Source of the DNA: Terriglobia bacterium
GTDB lineage: Bacteria; Acidobacteriota; Terriglobia; UBA7540; JAPUME01
Reading direction: 5' to 3'
Length of the DNA stretch: 64,000 nt
Assembly (NCBI GenBank): GCA_965237895.1
Contig: CBDEGR010000001.1
Span: 25,253 to 89,252 of the forward strand
Below the pieces are notes generated by a model that saw nothing but the letters and a program-made list of their open reading frames with translations, was not told the origin of the DNA and ran no database searches. Made by a program: the position numbers and the translations under genes. How positions within the stretch are numbered: the stretch's first letter is position 1; the number at the start of each line of letters is the position of its first letter. Positions 10,839 through 20,136 of this stretch are shown piece after piece.

Positions 10839-11054
10839 GTGAAAGTGAAGGAGCCGCACTTTCCAGTGTTGCGCGCGTGGCGGGGTACCCCGTCCTACGC
10901 CAAGCGGTATGAGCTGTTTTGTCAACGGTTGGTGCGCGAGCGCTTGTACGATGCGGCCTGCTTCCTGCTATTCAATGAAAAACGCGGCCGGAAGGGATGG
11001 TACGCCGAGCCGTCGGACGAACTGACCTTCCAGTACTCTTTGCGGCGTCGTTGA
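10839..11054 (+). CDS. Short orphan ORF, probably the C-terminal remnant of a gene cut by the IS6
   Basis: 71-aa ORF with a GTG start lying immediately beside the IS6 end. No motif that I can name with confidence. Confidence 0.25.
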   Translation: MKVKEPHFPVLRAWRGTPSYAKRYELFCQRLVRERLYDAACFLLFNEKRGRKGWYAEPSDELTFQYSLRRR

Positions 11055-11093
11055 AGGGTCGCGTTGCTGCGCTCGTCCGGCAAGACGAGCTAG

Positions 11094-11267
11094 GCGGCTA
11101 ACGTGCCGCCTGATCCACTGTGGGAGAGTCTCGCCCAAAACCATTCGTTCATCGACGGCAACAAGATGAACGGCCTGCCTGCTGCGCGGCTGGCTCCGGA
11201 CGATCGTGCTCATGCTGAGCCTCTATTCCGGCAAGTTTTGAAGCGAATGACGTTTTCATTCTCGTAA
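11094..11267 (+). pseudogene. Doc/Fic-family toxin remnant
   Basis: Hand translation gives ..LWESLAQNHSFIDGNKMNGLPAARL.., which resembles the Doc motif HPFxDGNKR. It is bounded by in-frame stops (57 codons) and has no start codon. Confidence 0.35.
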
Positions 11268-11330
11268 AGAGGCACAAGTTCGTATCATCCGGCGCGGCGC
11301 GAGAATCCCTCGCCTTAAGGCGAGGGTGAT

Positions 11331-12149
11331 TCAAGTTTGAGGTGGTCGTGTCTGTTTTTCTCCACTTTGCGGCGGAGAGACAAACAACGGATTGTCGAGA
11401 AATTTCCGCGACGCGTAATTGCCGAGATCGAAAAAGATGATCGCCTTGAGGTAGCGCAGGGCTTCGTCCTCGAACACCGAGTTCGCCCAGTCGTATCCTG
11501 AGTTCACGGTCTTCATCGTCGTGCGGTCGATGGTTACTTTGTATCCGCTCGACAGCGACGACAGCACGGTAAAACTGCCCGCGATGGAGACGTCGTTCAG
11601 TTCGATGACGGCGTAGTTGTCACGGGCTTCCGTCATCTGATTCTGCTTGCGGATCTTTCGCAGCAACTTCTGCCGAACGGACGCCTTCGCGTCCTGTGTG
11701 TGCGTCGGAATCCTGCCGCCGACCTCGCTCAGGTTCGGCATAATGGAAAACACTTCGAGGAACGCGGTGGAGCCGTCCAGTCGGTCCACGATGATGTCGC
11801 ACTCTTTACGCCCATGTCGCACAGCGCGGATGATGTTCTCGTAGACGAGCCGCACGTAGTACCGGTACACGATGACTTCAGCGAAAGTCGCTTCGCTGTT
11901 GCGCCAGTTCGCAGCATGATCTCGGAACGCTTTGACGAACGTCCGGGCATCGTCAAGCTGATATTCGTGAATGTCGGTGAGGAACTGCAGCAGATCGTAG
12001 TAGTTGCGCGGAGGAATCTTCCGACCTTCGTCATTGCATCGATAGTAGAAGCGTTGGTGCTTCTGGAAGTAGTCCAGTTCGAGCAATTCCTTTAATGGGA
12101 ACAAACGCTCCAAATCTGTGATGGCGTCGGACACGACGAAATCGTCCAT
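11331..12149 (-). CDS. Hypothetical protein (272 aa), lower-GC islet
   Basis: Long clean ORF in a region with no competing frame. No recognisable motif. ECDIIVDRLDGSTAFLEVFS is only vaguely nuclease-core-like. Confidence 0.5.
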   Translation of the reverse strand: MDDFVVSDAITDLERLFPLKELLELDYFQKHQRFYYRCNDEGRKIPPRNYYDLLQFLTDIHEYQLDDARTFVKAFRDHAANWRNSEATFAEVIVYRYYVRLVYENIIRAVRHGRKECDIIVDRLDGSTAFLEVFSIMPNLSEVGGRIPTHTQDAKASVRQKLLRKIRKQNQMTEARDNYAVIELNDVSIAGSFTVLSSLSSGYKVTIDRTTMKTVNSGYDWANSVFEDEALRYLKAIIFFDLGNYASRKFLDNPLFVSPPQSGEKQTRPPQT

Positions 12150-12298
12150 TGCTACGCTGCCGCCACTCGCGCGGCCTTACCGCTGGCGTTGCTCAAGCAT
12201 CTGTTAACCATGACAAGGTCCTTTTTCGATGTAGACGCGTGGTAGACCATGCATATATTAGTATATTACCCCAAGCACGTCCACTCCTCGGTAGTGGG

Positions 12299-13168
12299 TC
12301 AGTTTGAATTTCTTTTTCTGTAGGGGCCACGCTTTGCCGGTATGCGATCTGGTATCAGCCTTATGATTTCTTCCAAGTCCCAAACATGGTCGGTAACGCC
12401 AGCAGCCATAGCAGGGGTAACGCGCAATGTCTGGTGGATACGGGCAAAATTGTAGTACATGTAGAACAAGGCGACCGCAGCCGCGTGGTTTTCAATCTTT
12501 TTACTGAAAGCGTTCGTTAGGCGCGTGAACCGGCGCATGGACATTCTCATTGTGAGGTTCTGTCTCTCCACAAAGCTAGTTGAGACGTGTCTCGCATTGG
12601 GTTTTCCCATAATCCGCTCACGCTTGGTTCCGACGCACTCTCCGGGGCTATACTTCGTGTCAACTTCCGATCCTGAGCCGTAGATTTTCACCAATTGAGA
12701 GAAGTCAACGTCTGCCCCAAACGCTTGTTCAACAGCGGTCAAATACGACTTGTGTCCGTCCGTGGTCAATTGAACGCGGTATCGCAGCCTGCCTGCAAGA
12801 TCACGCATTAGAATTGTTGCAGCGTCTGCCGAACGATCAGAGATCAACCATGACGGGATTAATTTCGTATCCGCGTCCAGTGCGACCCAAGTCCAGACGG
12901 AACTGCGACCTTTACCCATTTCATCAAGCGTGACGTTCTTATCCTTTGCGCCTACGAAGCTCCAGATTTCATCCACTTGGATACGTCGGCAAGGAAGGTT
13001 GCGAAGTGCCCGGTCCTGATAATCTTCGCAAGCAGGACCGAGTTCCATCAGCAGCTTCGTGATTGTGTTTTTCGCGATGCCAGTCATGCGGACTGTCGAG
13101 CGGATAGAATTTCCTTCGACTAGGGCAGCCACGATATGAGTGCGCTTGGATATGGTCAGCTTATTCAT
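12299..13168 (-). CDS. IS1-family DDE transposase (single-ORF form)
   Basis: HTH NSIRSTVRMTGIAKNTITKLL, then IQVDEIWSFVG, LTTDGHKSY, VERQNLTMRMSMRRFTRLTNAFSKKIENH (IS1 InsB-like D, D, E blocks). Start chosen at ATG 13168 (MNKLTIS). Confidence 0.75.
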   Translation of the reverse strand: MNKLTISKRTHIVAALVEGNSIRSTVRMTGIAKNTITKLLMELGPACEDYQDRALRNLPCRRIQVDEIWSFVGAKDKNVTLDEMGKGRSSVWTWVALDADTKLIPSWLISDRSADAATILMRDLAGRLRYRVQLTTDGHKSYLTAVEQAFGADVDFSQLVKIYGSGSEVDTKYSPGECVGTKRERIMGKPNARHVSTSFVERQNLTMRMSMRRFTRLTNAFSKKIENHAAAVALFYMYYNFARIHQTLRVTPAMAAGVTDHVWDLEEIIRLIPDRIPAKRGPYRKRNSN

Positions 13169-13213
13169 ACTGACCATTATACATAAGCGTTCATGCAACG
13201 TCAAGAGAAAAAG

Positions 13214-14293
13214 TTACATCGAAACAAGCCGCGGGAAGTTTATGATGTTCGGGAGATACATTGCCCGAAAGTTCGATTCCTTTTCTGCCAGCAGGTCTCC
13301 CATTTGTTTTGCGCTGTAGCCAAGCTTGCTCATATGAAACTCTATCAACCGTTCCAGTGCCCTGGGCCTCTCAAAGGGAATGTTGGTTTCAGGTGGTTCT
13401 CGAAAGCTGTGGGTGCGCTTGCGGAGATTTATCAGTAGGTAGCGCCTCTGTGATGGTGTGATTGTGCCGAGCTGATATGCCCGCTGAACCAAGGAGGACA
13501 TCGAAACTTTCCATTCGCGCTTTAGAGCGGCCAATTTTGGAAGATTCAATCTATTCAGATAGGGCTTAATCTCGCGTGTTGGAAGCAAAAACTCTGCCGA
13601 AAACCGTTTTGCCTCATCCTCCATATTGGGAGTCGGAAACTTGTGCATGATTACGTGACCAAGTTCATGAGCAAGCGTGTTTCGATCACGATCTGCGCTG
13701 ATTTCTGGGTGGCTATTAGAGAAAAATATTGGGGGACACATCTCGGTCCATTCGCTGATAGCATCAGCTTTGCGGGTACCAAAATTAAACCGGACTATGA
13801 TGCCTCCATTGCTTTCGATGGCATCGATAAGATTTCGGATCGGGCCGGATGGTAGCCGCCATGCTCCCCGGACAAGCTGTGCGATCTTTTCAATATCGTT
13901 CCCATATTCCTGGGGGTCCATATATTGAAAGCCTACGCGTGAATCAAGTTCAGCGGAGCGAAGAAGCCTTTTGATGTGGTTGCGCTTAATATTCAATTGG
14001 GCGTGGAGTTTCCTGAGAATTTTGATGCCGAGCCCTTGCTGTTTTCTGTGGTAGAAAATGCTGGAACCAAACCCGTACACAGTATCCTTCTGAGAAAAGA
14101 AGTGTACTGGATATTCCAATGACAGAGCGATTTGTTCCAGAAGTTCATCCGGCATCTGTATCATGCGATTTTCAATTTTTGAGATGGTCCCTTGGCGCAC
14201 ATGGACAGGTAGCTTGCGTACCAAGGCTGCTTGCGTAAGGCCACGCGCCTCCCTAGCCAGAACGAGCACGTCTGGGTTGAATTCAACCATCAT
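13214..14293 (-). CDS. XRE-type HTH fused to an ImmA/IrrE (COG2856) zinc metallopeptidase
   Basis: N-terminal LVLAREARGLTQAALVRKL..GTISKIENR (HTH_XRE). HExxH as TLAHELGHVIMH, followed by EDEAKRFSAEFLLP. Confidence 0.85.
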   Translation of the reverse strand: MMVEFNPDVLVLAREARGLTQAALVRKLPVHVRQGTISKIENRMIQMPDELLEQIALSLEYPVHFFSQKDTVYGFGSSIFYHRKQQGLGIKILRKLHAQLNIKRNHIKRLLRSAELDSRVGFQYMDPQEYGNDIEKIAQLVRGAWRLPSGPIRNLIDAIESNGGIIVRFNFGTRKADAISEWTEMCPPIFFSNSHPEISADRDRNTLAHELGHVIMHKFPTPNMEDEAKRFSAEFLLPTREIKPYLNRLNLPKLAALKREWKVSMSSLVQRAYQLGTITPSQRRYLLINLRKRTHSFREPPETNIPFERPRALERLIEFHMSKLGYSAKQMGDLLAEKESNFRAMYLPNIINFPRLVSM

Positions 14294-14895
14294 GCAGTCC
14301 CGCTTTGCAGCCTACGCTGCGCTACGCCTCTAACTTGGACCAATCGAGTTGGGTTATCCTTAAAGGCCCTTTCGGTCTCAGCGATTGAGATTACTTTCGG
14401 GTTCGGCATGAACAGTTCAATATCCACATCCAACACAGCGCCATCCCGCGACGCGATACGCACATCACGGATGGTGGTCTGTAACGGATTCAGCCGATAC
14501 CCTAGCGTCGCCCGTTGAGCTTTCGGGGGGATGCCAGGCAATTCAGCCCCGGCCTCGTAGAGTCGAATGAATTTCGTGCGTACATTCGAGGGGTCTTTTG
14601 TTTCATTCAGTTTTTTAAGGCGCAACAAAATTTTCTCTTCGATTTCAACGAGAGTGTGGCCGTTCCGAACCTCAATGATCCGCACCCCGTCAGTCCCCGA
14701 TGGAAACTCTACGTGCGCTCGGTGACATGCGAGGTCATGGATAATGCAGGCCCTGCTCCTGGGCGAGAGGATCGCTTGTTCGGGGAAGCCCTCGAAATAG
14801 TTAAAGGCGGGCATGGCTCCGATCCGCCACAAAGCATCGGCGACTGGTTCCAAAAGGCGAACAGTTTCGGCTTCTGTGAGTCTTTTTCGATTCAT
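14290..14895 (-). CDS. Hypothetical protein, upstream operon partner of the XRE-ImmA fusion
   Basis: Stop overlaps the next start (ATGA at 14290-14293). Start chosen at ATG 14895, preceded by GGAGGA. No recognisable domain. Confidence 0.55.
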   Translation of the reverse strand: MNRKRLTEAETVRLLEPVADALWRIGAMPAFNYFEGFPEQAILSPRSRACIIHDLACHRAHVEFPSGTDGVRIIEVRNGHTLVEIEEKILLRLKKLNETKDPSNVRTKFIRLYEAGAELPGIPPKAQRATLGYRLNPLQTTIRDVRIASRDGAVLDVDIELFMPNPKVISIAETERAFKDNPTRLVQVRGVAQRRLQSGTA

Positions 14896-14993
14896 GTATC
14901 CTCCGCGCAACGTATTCATCCTAAGCATCATACATGAAATGATGCAAATATCAATAGTAAATTATTCCAGGAATTATTCCACAATGGATGGGT

Positions 14994-15293
14994 CTAAGAC
15001 TTCCACCTCTTCTTGGCTGCGTTCCGTGCAATCTGGGACCGTCGACGCGCGGATAACTTCTTGGCGCGGGCCCTCCCGCCCTTCTGCCCGCCGAGCCGTC
15101 CCAGGGCGACCGCGTGGGGATTCTTCTCCGGCTCCGGGTCAAGCGGGTCTCCGGTCAGCTTCTCCCCGATGGACTTCTCGACTATCGAGCGTGCAACCGT
15201 TACGAAGTCGTGATCCTTTGGCTTGCTTGAGCGGCTTGGCATGGTCCGAGTATGGCAGACGCCTCTAGGCTGGTCAACCCTGGCAGAATTCAA
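14994..15293 (-). CDS. Small basic protein with C-terminal LGRLGGQKGGRARAKKL motif
   Basis: 99-aa ORF (alternative start ATG 15242). The Lys/Arg-rich tail is of a type often seen in small accessory ORFs. Function unknown. Confidence 0.4.
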   Translation of the reverse strand: MNSARVDQPRGVCHTRTMPSRSSKPKDHDFVTVARSIVEKSIGEKLTGDPLDPEPEKNPHAVALGRLGGQKGGRARAKKLSARRRSQIARNAAKKRWKS

Positions 15294-15343
15294 ATTGACC
15301 CACTACCCACTCCTCGACTGAATCCTTACCGCTTGGGGAATTA

Positions 15344-15685
15344 CTAGCCTTTCCCGAGCAGCTTGCCGATCTTCTTCTCCTGCTCAGCAAACTGCGATTG
15401 TATGTTCTTGTTGGTGATGTCGATGTCCTTCTTGGTTGCCATGTTCTTCTCCACCTCATCAATACGTCCACCCAAAATATGAACGTCCTTGTGGAGCGGG
15501 GTGAGGCCTTCTTCAGCTCGCGATTCCGGGTCCATGCCCGCCTGCAAACAACGGGTCACGTCTGAAACCTCTGCGGCCTCGAAGTAAGCTTCTGTGTTCC
15601 AGTCTGCACAATCGGCTTGCGCATGTAGCGTGGCCGCAAGCCCCAAGGCAACATAAACTGCAACAAGACGGGTCATCGGTTTCAT
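15344..15685 (-). CDS. Small secreted protein
   Basis: Signal peptide MKPMTRLVAVYVALGLAATLHAQA. Start overlaps the stop of the upstream gene by 4 nt. GLTPLH resembles an ankyrin-repeat fragment. Confidence 0.5.
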   Translation of the reverse strand: MKPMTRLVAVYVALGLAATLHAQADCADWNTEAYFEAAEVSDVTRCLQAGMDPESRAEEGLTPLHKDVHILGGRIDEVEKNMATKKDIDITNKNIQSQFAEQEKKIGKLLGKG

Positions 15686-16287
15686 GGTTTGTTTTTATTT
15701 GGAAAATTTGGGCAGGCGGGAAGCGTGTCTGGTGAACTTTCCGGGCATGTTTCGAGGATTGCGTCTAGCGCATCAGCCTCGCGGCGGTCAATGGTGAGAT
15801 TATAGGCCCTCCGAACGTCGATAACACGCCACGCGAACCAACACCTGTTCTCGTCCGGCCTCCAGTCCGCCGCGTCCTTCGCCACCTTCAGGTTGCGGTT
15901 CAGGTGCGGAGCAGAAAGCGTCAGATTGCGAATGTCTCGGGCAAATTCGCGCTTGCGTTCCGGCGAGACCGAGCACAGGCCGGAATCATGCGCCTCGCTC
16001 CGGGCAACGATATGCTCGATATCAGTTTCGGTGAGCTCCCCGAACGTTTCGCAGGTGTAAGGCGAATAGACGCCCCCAAGGCGATCGGCAATCTGCGGTT
16101 CGACGGATTGCGGATAGCTGTATTCGTCCGCGTTGTAGGGTGCGCATCGTTCTTCTGGAGCGACAACGAGGCCCCGCCATTCCTCGCCGGACTCGGAGAA
16201 AGATAGCTGCCCTGCAAAACCCAAGGTGAAAAAGACTGCAAGGACCCTCGGGAGAGCACAACTATGGTGAATCAGACCGGTTCTCAT
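15682..16287 (-). CDS. Secreted DUF1524/GmrSD-C-like (His-Me finger) nuclease
   Basis: Signal peptide. TETDIEHIVARSEAHDSGLC..RDIRNLTLSAPHLNRNLKVAKDAADWRPDENRCWFAWRVIDVRRAYNLTIDRREADALDAILETC follows the DUF1524 pattern (D-x-(D/E)-H ... N-L ... N..K ... W.P ... C). Confidence 0.65.
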   Translation of the reverse strand: MRTGLIHHSCALPRVLAVFFTLGFAGQLSFSESGEEWRGLVVAPEERCAPYNADEYSYPQSVEPQIADRLGGVYSPYTCETFGELTETDIEHIVARSEAHDSGLCSVSPERKREFARDIRNLTLSAPHLNRNLKVAKDAADWRPDENRCWFAWRVIDVRRAYNLTIDRREADALDAILETCPESSPDTLPACPNFPNKNKP

Positions 16288-16517
16288 TCACAGACCTGGC
16301 CGTCCCCGTCACGGTCGTTCATGTACTGGTAAGCGGGGTGATCCTTCGTGATGGGAGTCTTGAGTCCACAGGCCCGGGCCTCGGCGCAAGTGATCTTGCC
16401 GTTCTTATTCGCGTCGCACTTCTCAAGATAATCCTCGCCTTCTTCCTTCTCCGGTTCTTGCGCGGCGAGCATCATGCACAGCATCCCCGCCATGATCAAT
16501 CGCATAGCGTTCTTCAT
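16284..16517 (-). CDS. Secreted Excalibur (Ca-binding) domain protein
   Basis: Signal peptide. CDANKNGKITCAEARACG and C-terminal DRDGDGQVCE (DxDxDGxxCE Excalibur signature). Confidence 0.7.
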   Translation of the reverse strand: MKNAMRLIMAGMLCMMLAAQEPEKEEGEDYLEKCDANKNGKITCAEARACGLKTPITKDHPAYQYMNDRDGDGQVCE

Positions 16518-16875
16518 TTCATTCCTCCTGGATTTCGGTAGTCACAATGGCAATGATTTCTCTCTAAACAGTTCAGATTTTGATTCTCTCACATGCCCGG
16601 GCCGCAGAAAACAGACGAAAGAGATGGTGGTGCTGCGCGGACTCAGAGACTCCAGCTGACGCTGGGGCGAACTGTTGCGCAAGGGCGTTCTCCACTCCAG
16701 GGTGGGGAATTCCCAGGAGGATCCAGAAAAATCGATCCCTTTCGAAGCCCTCTGACTCGATGGGTTAACTCGGACAGAAGGGGTGGCGAGCCAAGCCGCG
16801 TTCATAACTCCTGGGATTCTCCTAGCATCCTGACTCGGATATGCTAGCGCCTGGAGAGAGGAGAATAGCCCACAT

Positions 16876-17300
16876 TTGAAGCCGATAAATAAAATATCAA
16901 GGCTGATCCGCATAGCTACTGCCGTGCTCGTGGCGGGTGGCCTCGCCATCATGGTGCTCTCGGCACAGGACGATCTCGACACAGTCAGGCAAGCTGCTGA
17001 CCAAGGAGACGCCGAAGCACAGTATAACTTAGGACTCATGTATGCCGCAGGACGATGCCGAAGCGGTGCGCTGGTTCCGGCTCGCTGCCGATCAGGGCTA
17101 CGCCGAAGCGCAGGTCTTCCTCGGGCTCATGTACGACAATGGCGAAGGCGTGCCGCAGGACGATGCCGAAGCGGTGCGCTGGTACCGGCTGGCCGCCGAT
17201 CAGGGTCACGCCATTGCCCAATTCAACCTCGGAGTCATGTACAACAATGGGCAGGGTGTCCTCAAGGATTCCGTGCTCGCGCATATGTGGTTGAACATCG
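16876..17300 (+). pseudogene. Sel1 (TPR-like) repeat protein, frameshifted near 17043 and 3'-truncated by IS3 debris near 17300
   Basis: Signal anchor, then GDAEAQYNLGLMYA (frame 1). This continues as PQDDAEAVRWFRLAADQGYAEAQVFLGLMYDNGEGVPQDDAEAVRWYRLAADQGHAIAQFNLGVMY in frame 2. The reading then runs into antisense IS3 orfA. Confidence 0.7.
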
Positions 17301-17304
17301 CAAG

Positions 17305-17585
17305 CGCCATTCTCCCGTTCCAGTTCCTTCAGACGCCTCACCTGATCCACTCGTAAGCTCCCGTACTCCTTCCGCCATCGGTAATAGGTCTGCTCCGTAA
17401 TTCCCAACTTCCGACAGACCCCTCCCGTTGTCTGGCCCTTGGCCAGCTCCACTTCCGCCTCTCGTAGATGTCGGATGATCTGTTCGGCTGCATATCGCTT
17501 CTTCGGCATTCCTCCCCCCTTCCATGTCCAGTCCGTACCCTAACCTCTAACTTATCAACTGGACCGATTTAAGGGGGGCAGGTCA
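17305..17585 (-). mobile_element. IS3-family remnant (left end + first ~68 codons of orfA)
   Basis: Terminus TGACCTGCCCCCC (reverse complement, ending at 17585). orfA MPKKRYAAEQIIRHLREAEVELAKGQTTGGVCRKLGITEQTYYRWRKEYGSLRVDQVRRLKELEREN stops abruptly. Confidence 0.7.
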
Positions 17586-17621
17586 GCAGGTTTCTCCGGT
17601 GGATCTGATTTGCCGGACCTG

Positions 17622-18080
17622 TCAGACACCTTGAGTCGAAAGTCTGGTTGTCAAAATCAGTTCGTCTAGCGCCAAAAAAACCAAGGAGAGCGGAGGCCAG
17701 AAAGTTTTTTCACCATCGTCAACAAGAACGGTGTATTTCAAGGCGTGCTTCTTGTGTTGATCCGATAATCCATCCACTACCGCAGTAGTGTCATCAGTTA
17801 CAGACACGCCTTTGTTTTTTAATTCAATCAACAAAGCCAATAAGTTGTGCCTATAATCAAACTTTCTGAGTTGGACTTCGGGGAAACCACGTTTGAGCAA
17901 GGCTGCTTTAAGAAATAGTTCGGCTGCATGAGATGCAAGGAAGTAGAGAGGAATTGCTGTTAATTTGGTTGGGCGGCCATCGCTATCCAATTCAACATGG
18001 CTCCGCAACTGTTCAGCGCTTGCACGAAAATCGGCACCGTTCAGATAATATGCGACTGCAAGTGGTACGTTGTCTTTCAT
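17622..18080 (-). CDS. Orphan HEPN-domain protein
   Basis: SHAAELFLKAALLKRGFPEVQLRKFDYRHNLLALLIEL follows the classical HEPN helix pattern (E..LKA.L ... R-x5-H.L..L). Start chosen at ATG 18080 (MKDNVPL). Confidence 0.5.
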   Translation of the reverse strand: MKDNVPLAVAYYLNGADFRASAEQLRSHVELDSDGRPTKLTAIPLYFLASHAAELFLKAALLKRGFPEVQLRKFDYRHNLLALLIELKNKGVSVTDDTTAVVDGLSDQHKKHALKYTVLVDDGEKTFWPPLSLVFLALDELILTTRLSTQGV

Positions 18081-18172
18081 ACTTTGTAGCTTCCTCCCGA
18101 GCTGCAGCCAAGCCGTGGGCCTGCTTAGCCAGACTTGTCGACCTCGAGATCCTTGGCCCTTGCTGGACAATA

Positions 18173-18469
18173 TCAGTCTTCGACATCATTCATTCCCCGA
18201 GCGGCCCTTCGCGCCATCGCGAGCGTCACCAATCCCTCATCTGGCCTCTCTTGGCTTGCCTTCAGCCGCCCTGCGCGGCTTTCCGGTTTGCGATGTTTGC
18301 CCATGCTTTGCCTCCGCTCATCCCTGAGCTTCCCGTTAAAGCTCTCCACATAGCCATTCTCCCAAGGACTGCCAGGCTCGATGTATAGTGTCCTGACACC
18401 CACGGCCTTAAGCCAGTCCCAGATCGCCTGAGCTGTGAACTTCGGTGAAAAATTCCGTCGTTTTACCAT
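18173..18469 (-). pseudogene. IS3-family orfB (integrase-core) C-terminal remnant
   Basis: FTAQAIWDWLKAVGVRTLYIEPGSPWENGYVESFNGKLRDE parallels FTARLVRDWLERVGVKTLFIEPASPWENGYVESFNGKFRDE of the intact orfB at 31913..32761. The remainder is degenerate. Confidence 0.7.
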
Positions 18470-18759
18470 GGTTGTAAGGTCATCTCATCTGCGCAGAACC
18501 CACCTTACAACGCTGTCCGATTTTTCTGGTCCACTTCAGAGACCGGACAATGTTGTTCAAAACCGCTCGTTCTTCGCAACTGAGAATGATGGTAGGTGCC
18601 TGACGTGCCATGTCAAGCAAAAGAAGTCAATGCACTACGTAAGTAAACTTATTTAATGAACGAAACACTAGGTAATCCATTCGGCCTCGCGACTTGGTCC
18701 AGCCGAGCGGTGCGAGGGCGTGGTTACACGAAGGCCGAACCAGCCGATGCCGTCGTTAG

Positions 18760-20040
18760 CTACCGGACGATGAGGACCTGACCGGCATAGATCCGGCTGT
18801 TGCGCAACCTGTTCAGCCTCATCAGCTCGCGGATCCCGAGGCCGAACATCCCGGCGATGCGCGACAGCGTGTCGCCCCATTGGACGCGATACCCGCCATC
18901 GCTACTGACTTGGCCCGAGCCGGGACCAACGACCAGCGTCTCACCCGCGAAGATCCGGTCCGAGGGAAGCCGGTTGAACGCCATTAACGCTCTGACGGAA
19001 GTTCCATACCGCCAGGCGATCTCCGACAGCGTGTCGCCCGGACGGACACGATACCTCCGCCCGTCACCGCCTTCTTTGGGGGCTCTCGCCATGATGCTCA
19101 CGGCTGGGTAGCTGAAATCCAGGGGCTGGTCAAGCGTCAGCGGACCGAAGTAGCGCTCGTAGTCCTGGTAGACGTGGACGGCGGCCAGGAACTCCGGGTA
19201 AAAGTTCTTCGAGGCGTACTTGAATGCGCGCCCCCTGTACTTGCGGATGATCTCCGCCATGTCGGATCCGTGCAGGCTGCGCGCGCGCAGCATTCCCGCC
19301 CGTCCGTGGTTATAAGCGGTGATCGCAAGGGGCCAGGATTGGAGTTGCTCATAGTTCCCTCGGAGTAGCTTCGCCGCCGCGCGCGTGGCGATCGCCGGGT
19401 TCAGACGGTCGTCGCGGCCGCGAGCCACACGCATGTACCGACGGCCGGTCGCTCGGGTGAACTGCCAGATGCCGGCGGCGCCCGCATGGGAATACGCTGC
19501 GTTCTCATAGGACGACTCGACCAGGGGCAGCAGCGCCAGGATCGGCGGCACTCCTTCGCTCTCGAGCAGCTCTTCGAAATAGGGAAGGTACCGGCCCGAG
19601 CGAATGACCCCGGCGCGGAAACGCTCCTTGATACCGCGTTGCATGTGGATCCGGTTCATCAGAATGGCGATATTGCTCGCCGTCATGCGCACGCCTTCGG
19701 CTTCGATCCGGTTGTAAAAGACCCGCGCCTGCGCGCTGAGTCCTTCGGGTGTGTCAATACCCCGCCGCACCTCGTTCAGCAGGCGGCGCACACGCGCGAC
19801 GCCCGACCGGCGCGATTTCTCGTCGACGACATCGTAGATCAGATTGACCCGCTCGGTGTCGTGGATGATGAGGTCGTCCTCGCCATAGATCGTGAAGACC
19901 TTTTCCCAGGACGCGATCCGATCTTCGAGCCCGGTTTCCGGAAAACCCGGAATTTCGGCCAGGGCGGACACTGGAGAAATCGCCTTAACGACGAGGAGTG
20001 GAAGCAGCCAACCGAAGATTTTCATTTGGGAATTATACAC
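18760..20040 (-). CDS. mltD: Membrane-bound lytic murein transglycosylase D-like (SLT domain + 2 LysM)
   Basis: Signal peptide. LVESSYENAAYSHAGAAGIWQF (SLT catalytic Glu motif). Two LysM repeats (YRVRPGDTLSEIAWRYGTSVRALMAFNRL; YRVQWGDTLSRIAGMFGLGIRELMRLNRL). Confidence 0.85.
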   Translation of the reverse strand: MYNSQMKIFGWLLPLLVVKAISPVSALAEIPGFPETGLEDRIASWEKVFTIYGEDDLIIHDTERVNLIYDVVDEKSRRSGVARVRRLLNEVRRGIDTPEGLSAQARVFYNRIEAEGVRMTASNIAILMNRIHMQRGIKERFRAGVIRSGRYLPYFEELLESEGVPPILALLPLVESSYENAAYSHAGAAGIWQFTRATGRRYMRVARGRDDRLNPAIATRAAAKLLRGNYEQLQSWPLAITAYNHGRAGMLRARSLHGSDMAEIIRKYRGRAFKYASKNFYPEFLAAVHVYQDYERYFGPLTLDQPLDFSYPAVSIMARAPKEGGDGRRYRVRPGDTLSEIAWRYGTSVRALMAFNRLPSDRIFAGETLVVGPGSGQVSSDGGYRVQWGDTLSRIAGMFGLGIRELMRLNRLRNSRIYAGQVLIVR

Positions 20041-20136
20041 GATTTTACCTAATCAAACTTTTGCTGGGCTTGATGTTCCGCTTGTGATTCTTGAGGTACT
20101 GCCAACCGCTTGGAGGGGAAACAGGGCCGGTGAGAA

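Noticed and set aside
18760-20040. MltD-like lytic transglycosylase as a tenth member of the FHA/stator cluster (peptidoglycan remodelling for a trans-envelope machine)
   Set aside because: It is separated from the cluster by an IS3 end remnant (20137..20233) and about 300 bp. It is a common housekeeping-type gene. Linkage cannot be argued from this window alone.
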